The notes under the pieces are model-generated. The model saw only the letters and a list, made by a program, of their open reading frames with translations, was not told where the DNA came from and ran no database searches. The position numbers and the translations under genes are program-made. This document shows, in pieces, positions 1-6,580 of a stretch of 59,529 bases of DNA; position 1 is the first letter of the stretch, and each line of letters starts with the position of its first letter. Origin of the DNA: Nitrospirota bacterium (GTDB lineage: Bacteria > Nitrospirota > Nitrospiria > Nitrospirales > Nitrospiraceae); NCBI GenBank assembly GCA_039932735.1, contig JBDTPK010000001.1, positions 1 to 59,529 on the forward strand. Reading direction: 5' to 3'.

Positions 1-5
1 AAGCC

Positions 6-110
6 TTACTCAGTAGTCAGTAATTAAGACGACAGCACCGCCAATAAACCCGCTTAGAATAAGGGTCACCGAAGATGTTGTGTTTTCAAAATTACCACCT
101 TGTGAGTAAG
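6..110. repeat. Left copy of a ~105-bp imperfect inverted repeat (partner at 10436..10540)
   Basis: The reverse complement of 6..110 aligns base by base with 10436..10540. I count about 6 substitutions and two compensating 1-nt indels. The outer ~45 nt (ttggcggtgctgtcgtcttaattactgactactgagtaa) are identical. The copy may extend left of the window. Confidence 0.85.
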
Positions 111-184
111 CCCAAAACCGGATCTTCTTTGCTCTCAACAATCCGAATTAGGATCAATTCTGCCAAACGAAAAAAACAGCACTG

Positions 185-439
185 TCAACCAAACCAGGCA
201 CAGCCAGAAAAAGAAAGAGCTAATATATTACTGGTTACCATCGGTTCCGTGAGAATCGGTGCAGAGAGTAGCGCTGTTCCCCCGTGGACTAAGATGACTC
301 CCACCTTTCCTCCGAGCATCAGTTCATACGCTCGGGCGATTGCTGCCGGATTATCTGAGGTGAAGAAAGGTGAGCTAAACCCAATGATTGGGTATTGGAT
401 TTCCAAGACACCAAACAAGGCGACGATGCATATCGCCAT
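185..439 (-). pseudogene. Possible 5'-truncated remnant of a membrane-protein gene
   Basis: The minus-strand frame is open from about 530 to the stop at 185 and encodes hydrophobic segments (LWGYFGRSAIAMAICIVALFGV..., ...GGTALLSAPIL). There is no credible N-terminus, and the frame abuts the IS remnant at 587. I recognise no family. Confidence 0.25.
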
Positions 440-586
440 GGCTATAGCTGAACGACCAAAATACCCCCAGAGCGTTGTGACTTTAGCAACCCAGTTAGAG
501 GGGGCCCCAAAAATTCGGACAGTGTGCTACGTGGTAGCCTGGCTTCACCGACGCCCTCGAAGGAGGGCGAACCAGAGGGCGAGGCG

Positions 587-706
587 ATGAAGCGAACGAG
601 ACGCAATCACGGGGCGGCCTTCAAGGCGCAGGTGGCCTTCGCCGCGGTCAAAGGCGAGCAGACGCTGGTGGAGTTGGCGACACAATTTGGCGTGCATCCC
701 ACCAGT
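587..706 (+). mobile_element. IS3-family transposase OrfA N-terminal remnant (~40 codons, truncated)
   Basis: MKRTRRNHGAAFKAQVAFAAVKGEQTLVELATQFGVHPT matches the conserved helix-turn-helix N-terminus of IS3/IS911-type OrfA proteins. Similarity stops after HPT, and no OrfB or terminal inverted repeats follow. Confidence 0.6.
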
Positions 707-833
707 GGTGTACTAATCGCGCTAGGAGCGATAACGAAGGCGCTGCTAGGCAAATAGTCAAAGGATGTCTAATGCCGCGAGGGACCCGCCAATCGGCGAT
801 TCTCGCGAGGGCAAATTCACCCTGCGGCAGGGC

Positions 834-874
834 TTGACAGGGATAGGTCGTACCGTGTAATGATATCAGTTATC
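834..874 (+). promoter_or_regulatory. Candidate sigma70-type promoter (-35 TTGACA at 834..839) overlapped by a Fur-box-like site (856..874)
   Basis: There is a perfect TTGACA hexamer. About 17-19 nt downstream lies tgTAATGATAtcagTTATC, which matches GATAATGATAATCATTATC at about 13 of 19 positions and covers the expected -10 region. The -10 hexamer itself is weak. Confidence 0.35.
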
Positions 875-946
875 AGAATCAACAAATTGCCGGTGCTGTT
901 GGTTACATAAAGCATTCGGTAAGAGGCCAGAGCACTTCGATTCCAG

Positions 947-986
947 AGCCCAAAGTTGCCGATTGGCGGCTTTGGGCTTTTTTATT
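947..986 (+). terminator. Rho-independent terminator
   Basis: A 14-bp stem (agcccaaagttgcc / ggcggctttgggct, including two G-U pairs) with tetraloop gatt is followed by tttttatt. The reverse-strand context has no T-tract, so it is + oriented. Confidence 0.7.
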
Positions 987-1139
987 GTGACGAGGGCCGA
1001 TATGAACAGGTTACATCCGAGCTTTCAAGTCGTTTCCCGTCTCGGGGTGGGGAATTCAACGCTTCAAGTAGAAGCCCGCATTGCTGGGCAGCAGACCTGT
1101 CGGCGACCTCCGAATCTCGGGAAATCTGGACGAGGAGTG

Positions 1140-2057
1140 ATGGTATCACCTTTTCGAGCGCAATCATCCCTGGTTACCCAACGAACAATATCTCGATCAT
1201 GCAGGGAAGAAGAGTATGAAGCTGAGCAGGCAATTCTTTTAGGTTGGGGTATTTCGGTGCTGTTACATAGCCTCGCGTTGGTTGTCGTGGCCGTATTCAA
1301 TCTTCATGTGACCCTTCCACGAGTGACGCCAGAGAAAGAACCGTTTCGCTGGGAAATATCGCTCATGGCGGCTCCACGAACAGAAGCGGTTGTTGCTGAT
1401 GGTGTCCAGTCCCAAGAGGTTCTCCAGGCTGCAGAGGACTATCCTGAGGAGACAGGAGAACGAGTAACCGACTTATCTGCCCAACCGGTAGAATTCTCGC
1501 ACCTGCCAGAGATAATTCAGACTGTGTCCTCCTCTGACAAGAAGTACCCACAGGTGCCCGTTCTTGAAAAGGGTATCAAGAGAACAGAGGGATTTAAGAA
1601 TGCGACAGCGATGTCTGTTGCCAATCCCGCCGTGTCCGTCTTGCCCCCTCCTGACGTTGAGAGCCAGGTCGATTCGAAATTGTTCCAAATCGAGACGGAA
1701 TTGGAAAATCCTGTTGTTCTTCAACGCCCCCAAAGGGTGATTCGAACCCTATTCAGCAAGGCCGTTCTCCCTGATTACGCTTGGCTGATGGATACGCTCC
1801 GAACGAAGCTTGAGAGTGTTAAGACCTATCCATCGTTGGCAAAGGCCAACCACTGGCAGGGGCGCGTGGTTGTTCAGATCAGAGTTGACGGAGATGGTCG
1901 CATTGCGAATCCAGAAATCGAGGAAAGTTCGGGATACCCTGTTCTCGATCAAGCTGCGCTCGATGCGTTGCAAGCGGCGTCGCCCTTGACGCTCAGTTAC
2001 CGGTTGGATGGACCGCCCATCGTAATGCTGATTCCCCTGAATTATCAACTGGAGTAA
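1140..2057 (+). CDS. tonB: TonB-family energy transducer, paralog 1
   Basis: One N-terminal TM helix (ILLGWGISVLLHSLALVVVAVF) and a C-terminal TonB domain (YPSLAKANHWQGRVVVQIRVDGDGRI...SSGYPVLDQAALDAL...). The ORF is open from 963, but that start lies inside the terminator hairpin. ATG 1140 is preceded by gaggag; ATG 1002 is an alternative. Confidence 0.75.
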   Translation: MVSPFRAQSSLVTQRTISRSCREEEYEAEQAILLGWGISVLLHSLALVVVAVFNLHVTLPRVTPEKEPFRWEISLMAAPRTEAVVADGVQSQEVLQAAEDYPEETGERVTDLSAQPVEFSHLPEIIQTVSSSDKKYPQVPVLEKGIKRTEGFKNATAMSVANPAVSVLPPPDVESQVDSKLFQIETELENPVVLQRPQRVIRTLFSKAVLPDYAWLMDTLRTKLESVKTYPSLAKANHWQGRVVVQIRVDGDGRIANPEIEESSGYPVLDQAALDALQAASPLTLSYRLDGPPIVMLIPLNYQLE

Positions 2058-2062
2058 CACCC

Positions 2063-2599
2063 ATGCATGATCAGCGTCTGAGCCTCGAAACCTCGCTCTT
2101 TCATCAGTACTCCGGTGAACTGCTACGATTTCTGACCGCCAAACTAGGCTGCAGAGAACAGGCGGCTGATGTGGTGCAGGACACGTTCGTCCGTATCCGC
2201 TGCCTGAAAGATTTGGCAGCCGTTGCCCAGCCGCGCGCATTTCTATACAAGACTGCCCTCAATCTTACGGTCGATCTGTTTCGGCGGCAACGAGTCCGCT
2301 CCGAACGGATTGTCCAGCTGGAGGCGACCGAGGAAATGCCATCCACGATGCCGAGCCAGGAGGTCGAAGTCGAGGCAAAAGAGCGCGTTCGGCTCATGCA
2401 CGAAGCGATCGCGAACCTCCCGCCCAAATGTCGGCAGGTCTTTCTGCTCCATAAGTTCATGGAACTTCCGCATGCGGAGATCGCCGTTCGTCTTGGGATT
2501 TCGAAGAATATGGTGGAAAAGCATGTGATCAAAGCTATGTCTCGATGCAGGGATCGAGTTGAAGGTCTTGGAGACAACGGACACACCAATCCCTCGTAG
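2063..2599 (+). CDS. ECF sigma-70 factor, FecI/PvdS-like iron-starvation type
   Basis: Region 2 (DVVQDTFVRI...AFLYKTALNLTVDLFRRQ) and region 4 HTH (CRQVFLLHKFMELPHAEIAVRLGISKNMVEKHVIKAM). It starts 6 nt after the tonB stop and is followed by a FecR-type gene. Confidence 0.9.
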   Translation: MHDQRLSLETSLFHQYSGELLRFLTAKLGCREQAADVVQDTFVRIRCLKDLAAVAQPRAFLYKTALNLTVDLFRRQRVRSERIVQLEATEEMPSTMPSQEVEVEAKERVRLMHEAIANLPPKCRQVFLLHKFMELPHAEIAVRLGISKNMVEKHVIKAMSRCRDRVEGLGDNGHTNPS

Positions 2600-2709
2600 T
2601 AGCACGACATATCTGAGGCAGACGGGGTCAGGTTTTTTCGGACTCTTGCGTCATACCATAATAGGGAAGCAGGAGTTGGATGGAGTGATCTGTGCGTACA
2701 GGCTGAGCA

Positions 2710-3756
2710 GTGGATCAGAAGAAAATTTTGCATGCCGTAACAGATCACCAGTTATCGATTGCTGATCAAGCACTTCGATGGTTCGTGCGGTTTCGGTCAG
2801 GCGATGCGACGATCGCCGATACGCGGCAGTTTGAGTCCTGGGTCAAGTCAGACCTGTCTCACCAACAGGAGTTCGAGAAGATTTCCAGGCTTTGGGTAGA
2901 CCTAGATGAAACAAAACCGTTGCTCGTCGAGGAGCTGATTCGTGTCGTTGGCGATGGAAAATTCGAGGCTCATCGATCGCTTGAGCGGTGTGCCGGACGA
3001 TGGATCACCTATGGACTTTCGACCGCACTAGCAGCCTCTCTCATGTTATTCATCGCGGTGGGGTGGTGGATGGTTGATCGTCCAGAGACCGCGGGGTATC
3101 GGACTGCCAAGGGCGAACAGCGAACGGTTGCGTTTCCGGATGGATCCAGGATGATATTGAATACCGATACCGCGGTCACGACTCGATTGTCCTCCTCTCG
3201 GAGCGCGGTGATTTTGCACAGAGGAGAGGCCTTCTTCGTCGTGTCGCATGACAAGCAGAAATCATTCGAAGTGGAGGCGGGCCGCGGAGTAGTTCGGGAT
3301 ATCGGTACACAGTTTACCGTCCGTCGGCAGTTGGACCAGGTGACGGTGACTGTTGTCGAGGGTGCAGTAGAGGTACAGGGCCCATCGGAAAAAATAGGGA
3401 TAGAGCCCGGTCGTCTCCTGACGGCGGGGGACAAGACATCCTATGGAGCAGGTGGCTCGCTCGCTCCGGTTGAAAAGATCGACATTGCCGCATCCACCGC
3501 ATGGATGGAAGGCAAACTGCTGTTCGACCATCGTCCTTTAACCGAGGTGATTCAGGAAATCGGCCGCTATCAAGAGGGGGAAATACGGGTTCTAGATCCC
3601 CGATTGAACGATCTCAAAGTCAGCGGCGTATTTGGCGTCGGTGATCGTGACGGGTTTCTGCTGGCCCTTGAGACTGCAATTCCTGTGAAATCGACCCGTG
3701 TAAACACAGACTTAGTTATTTTGGAGAAGAACGATTTCCCCTTCGCTCGACGATGA
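2710..3756 (+). CDS. FecR-family transmembrane anti-sigma / sigma regulator
   Basis: N-terminal anti-sigma segment (ALRWFVRFRSGDATIADTRQFESWVKSD...HQQEFEKISRLW), a central TM helix (GLSTALAASLMLFIAVGWWMV) and a FecR periplasmic domain. GTG start. Confidence 0.85.
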   Translation: MDQKKILHAVTDHQLSIADQALRWFVRFRSGDATIADTRQFESWVKSDLSHQQEFEKISRLWVDLDETKPLLVEELIRVVGDGKFEAHRSLERCAGRWITYGLSTALAASLMLFIAVGWWMVDRPETAGYRTAKGEQRTVAFPDGSRMILNTDTAVTTRLSSSRSAVILHRGEAFFVVSHDKQKSFEVEAGRGVVRDIGTQFTVRRQLDQVTVTVVEGAVEVQGPSEKIGIEPGRLLTAGDKTSYGAGGSLAPVEKIDIAASTAWMEGKLLFDHRPLTEVIQEIGRYQEGEIRVLDPRLNDLKVSGVFGVGDRDGFLLALETAIPVKSTRVNTDLVILEKNDFPFARR

Positions 3757-3832
3757 GGGTTCATCGGTTTCATTCGTCTAGCCGTAAGCGACCGAAGCAA
3801 TTCGTCCGCCGATTATTTATGTCATGAGGTGA

Positions 3833-4264
3833 TTGATCATGGAAGCGCTCGAATATGTGGTGAATTATGGTGTCATTGGGTTACTTGTGGCCTTAAGCCT
3901 GTGGGCATTGGCCGTGGCTGTGGAGCGGTGGCTCTTCTATCGGCGAGTCACGCTGAACCAGTTTGACAATATTCAAAGCATGGAGATTGCGTTGACCAGA
4001 CGGCTTGTCGTCATTGGCACCGTCGCGGCCAATGCGCCCTATATCGGATTGCTTGGGACGGTCTTAGGCATCATGTTGACCTTTCATACCATGGGTACTT
4101 CTGGCACGATGGCCGTTGGGACTATCATGGTGGGCCTCAGTTTGGCTCTCAAGGCGACAGCGGTGGGATTGTTTGTTGCGATTCCCTGTGTGGTGCTCAA
4201 TAACACGCTACGTCGACGAGTCTCCGAACTTCTGACGCTCTACAAGGTGCAGCATGGAACGTGA
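3833..4264 (+). CDS. exbB: ExbB/TolQ/MotA-family proton channel (short form)
   Basis: Three TM helices and the APYIGLLGTVLGIMLTF signature. It overlaps the exbD start. Confidence 0.85.
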   Translation: MIMEALEYVVNYGVIGLLVALSLWALAVAVERWLFYRRVTLNQFDNIQSMEIALTRRLVVIGTVAANAPYIGLLGTVLGIMLTFHTMGTSGTMAVGTIMVGLSLALKATAVGLFVAIPCVVLNNTLRRRVSELLTLYKVQHGT

Positions 4265-4628
4265 GCTCAATCAGATCAACGTTATTCCACTGGTTGATGT
4301 CATGCTCGTGCTGTTGGTCATTGTCTTGACCACCGCGACCTTTATCTCGACCGGTCAAGTACCGGTAGAATTGGCCAAGGCGAAAGAAGCCAGCAACCAC
4401 AAGGAGGCGCCGTTGGTGATTACACTCACCGCAGATGGGCGGATGTTCATCAACGATCAACCAGTAGGGGACGATGGTTTGAAGATGGTGCTGACACCGC
4501 ATCCGAGAGAATCGTTTGTTGTGGTACGCGCCGACCGGGTAACTGTGCTGGAACGGTTCGTAGGTGTGGTCGATGAGGTCCGAGGGTTGGGATTTCGGCA
4601 GGTGAGCCTCGAGGTTGGTCGGTCATGA
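4254..4628 (+). CDS. exbD: ExbD/TolR-family protein
   Basis: INVIPLVDVMLVLLVIVL TM signature followed by a periplasmic domain. Its stop overlaps the next start in an ATGA junction. Confidence 0.85.
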   Translation: MERELNQINVIPLVDVMLVLLVIVLTTATFISTGQVPVELAKAKEASNHKEAPLVITLTADGRMFINDQPVGDDGLKMVLTPHPRESFVVVRADRVTVLERFVGVVDEVRGLGFRQVSLEVGRS

Positions 4629-5470
4629 CGGCGGTCGAGATTAGCCCGTTGGCCCAAAGCCATGAGTCTCATCACGCTCAGGGCTGGATAGTCTCGATGT
4701 TCTGTCACGCGTTCGGCATCGGGGGCGTACTCTTGCTTTTGGCAGACTTTGAAACGCCCGTGCGCCCGAACACATTTCAGTGGGAAGTTGCCATGGTGGA
4801 GGCTCCTCCGACAGTAGAGCCGCCGCCTGCTCCATCAACGCCGACCCCCGTTCCTCAGCGCCAGGTTGAACGGTCGATCGACCCTCTCCCTCCTGTCAAA
4901 ACCATAGAAGCGGTTCCGCAAACGGTGCACGATGTTGTCACTCCGAATGAGGCGATTTTGGAGCGCTCAATCGCGCAGACTACGGAAAGTTCCACGGTAG
5001 TGACTCAGGCAGTCACCACCAACCACGAATCGGTGGCAGAGCAGGCAACTGTCGAATACGCGCCGATCGTGAGACAGAAAGAACTGGTGGCGCAAGAATC
5101 TCCTCGTTCCGACTCACAGTCATTCGAGGTTGAGCATCGAGTCGTCCAGCATCGGTTGGTCACGGTTCGCGAGACACAAACTGACTATGGCTGGCTTCGA
5201 GATGCGCTCTGGGGCCGCATCCATGAGCTGAAGCGCTATCCGTCGCAAGCCAAGGAGCACCATTGGGAAGGGAAAGTCGTGGTGCAAGCAGTTATTCGCG
5301 CCGACGGCACAATCGTCGAGTGTGAAGTTGCAGAAAGCTCTGGCCGGGCCATCCTGGATCAGGAAGCCCTAGCAGTCATGAAAAAAGCCTCCCCCTTGAC
5401 GCTCAAGCATCCGTTGGGGAAGGCGAATATCACGCTTCTTATTCCAATCAACTACAAGTTGGAGGGCTAG
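4625..5470 (+). CDS. tonB: TonB-family energy transducer, paralog 2
   Basis: TM helix, a Pro-rich spacer (APPTVEPPPAPSTPTPVPQ) and a TonB C-terminal domain (YPSQAKEHHWEGKVVVQAVIRADGTI...SSGRAILDQEALAVM). Confidence 0.85.
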   Translation: MTAVEISPLAQSHESHHAQGWIVSMFCHAFGIGGVLLLLADFETPVRPNTFQWEVAMVEAPPTVEPPPAPSTPTPVPQRQVERSIDPLPPVKTIEAVPQTVHDVVTPNEAILERSIAQTTESSTVVTQAVTTNHESVAEQATVEYAPIVRQKELVAQESPRSDSQSFEVEHRVVQHRLVTVRETQTDYGWLRDALWGRIHELKRYPSQAKEHHWEGKVVVQAVIRADGTIVECEVAESSGRAILDQEALAVMKKASPLTLKHPLGKANITLLIPINYKLEG

Positions 5471-5550
5471 CAATAGGGCCCTCCTTGACCGCGGTGATCG
5501 GAGAGGCGGAGAAGACGTCACGTGACAGAACGATAACCAGGAGAATCGTG

Positions 5551-6009
5551 ATGATGAATCACTCAATGAGCTGGCGCATATCGATGTTGTGCCGCGTGCT
5601 GTGTGTGATGTTGGCGTGTTCTGTGATGGGAAATTCTGTCTGGGCGCAAACCAAGACGGACAAAGTCTTCCATGCCGTGGCGATGGATGCCAAGGGGGTC
5701 GAAACAGACATGAAAAACGTCATGTTCTATTGGGAGGAGAAAATCAGTGAGACGGCGTTCGTCCCGCATGAGACCAGGGAGGTGCCGGTCAAACGCGGCA
5801 CGGCTACGATCAAGATCAAGTTCGAGGCTATTAAACATATTGATCTCAAACCATCCGGGAACGGTGCTCTGCCGAATGTCACGATTATGCTCAACGACGG
5901 CAAGACGGGAGACTTTGTCCTCGCTATTGCGGGGAGTTTCAAGGGCCAATCAGACTTCGGAGAGGTTGAGCTTCCGGCGACTGAACTGAGGAAGCTCAGC
6001 TTTAGATAG
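5551..6009 (+). CDS. Hypothetical exported protein (~130-aa mature form)
   Basis: Signal peptide (MMNHSMSWRISMLCRVLCVMLACSVMGNSVWA|QT) with an AxA-type cleavage site and aggag upstream of ATG 5551. I recognise no family. The ORF is open from 5485. Confidence 0.5.
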   Translation: MMNHSMSWRISMLCRVLCVMLACSVMGNSVWAQTKTDKVFHAVAMDAKGVETDMKNVMFYWEEKISETAFVPHETREVPVKRGTATIKIKFEAIKHIDLKPSGNGALPNVTIMLNDGKTGDFVLAIAGSFKGQSDFGEVELPATELRKLSFR

Positions 6010-6254
6010 CGCTGCAATGGGCCGTCGGTCAGACATTTGTGTACGTTCATTCGTTTCTGAACTTCGGCCTTTCCGGATTCTGAAGGTGAACAGGGTTGGT
6101 ATCCCTGGTCTAGAGCTATCGCCAGTTGGCGATCTTTCCGACGGAGAAGTCAGGTTTTTCACTTCTCATGCGTCTAACACACCGTGGATGGAAATTCGGT
6201 CTGTGCGCTCTCGCTGAACAGGAAATAAATTTTGGGCCAGGGCTCGGTGAGGCA

Positions 6255-6443
6255 ATGAGTGAACAGCGTGCGCCGGTGCCAGCTGCCATGGATGTTCGAT
6301 GTCACTGTGGCAGGCTGATTGCTCGATGGGAGGGACGCAGTCTCGTCATTAAGTGCGCTCGGTGCGGGCGTTTCGTACAGATTCACTCTTCGGCCATCGG
6401 TGGAACTCCGCCCCCTGATATGAGCTTAAAGCCCCACCGGTAG
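6255..6443 (+). CDS. Small zinc-ribbon protein, Mu Com-like CxxC...CxxC pattern (62 aa)
   Basis: RCHCGRLIARWEGRSLVIKCARCGRFVQI has two Cys pairs with the spacing seen in Com-type zinc ribbons. The start codon is uncertain (ORF open from 6126). Confidence 0.35.
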   Translation: MSEQRAPVPAAMDVRCHCGRLIARWEGRSLVIKCARCGRFVQIHSSAIGGTPPPDMSLKPHR

Positions 6444-6494
6444 CCCCATCCACAGACAGACGTTCATCTACGCGAGGCCAACGGAACTTGAGTC

Positions 6495-6539
6495 CAGAGC
6501 CCACGGCTGCTTAAGCAGCCGTGGGCTCTGTTATTTCTG
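6495..6539 (+). terminator. Perfect 16-bp stem hairpin, probably an intrinsic terminator or RNA-stabilising element
   Basis: cagagcccacggctgc-ttaa-gcagccgtgggctctg followed by ttatttct. It lies between the zinc-ribbon ORF and the receptor gene. Confidence 0.6.
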
Positions 6540-6580
6540 AGGCGATAAGAACACGCCAGTGAAGAGGGGGAGAAACCATA

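Noticed and set aside
10-140. Possible ~44-codon minus-strand ORF ending inside the left inverted repeat (…GGNFENTTSSVTLILSGFIGGAVVLITDY*), a small TM peptide
   Set aside because: It has only TTG starts and no RBS. Repeat homology begins in the middle of the frame. The right copy is frameshifted into a stop by a 1-nt indel, so the repeat is not conserved as coding sequence.
75-590. 171-aa + strand ORF at the left edge
   Set aside because: It has no recognisable motifs or RBS. It overlaps the inverted-repeat copy, the antisense membrane-protein frame and the IS remnant frame. It is most likely a chance open frame in degraded sequence.
936-944. TTCGATTCC resembling a tRNA T-loop, which would suggest a tRNA 3' fragment or att site next to the IS remnant
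   Set aside because: The flanking bases do not form a T-stem or acceptor stem, and no cloverleaf can be drawn.
963-1139. Upstream extension of TonB paralog 1 to the ORF-track start at 963
   Set aside because: That start lies inside the terminator hairpin (947..986), and the extension has no TonB-like features. ATG 1140 has a gaggag RBS. ATG 1002 is kept as an alternative.
2104-2748. 214-aa minus-strand ORF opposite the ECF sigma gene
   Set aside because: It is antisense to a gene with clear sigma-70 region 2 and 4 motifs and has no motifs of its own.
3811-3829. AT-rich gattatttatgtcatgagg upstream of exbB as a second Fur box
   Set aside because: It matches the 19-bp consensus at only about 10 positions and overlaps the RBS and start region. 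It is indistinguishable from ordinary AT-rich intergenic sequence.
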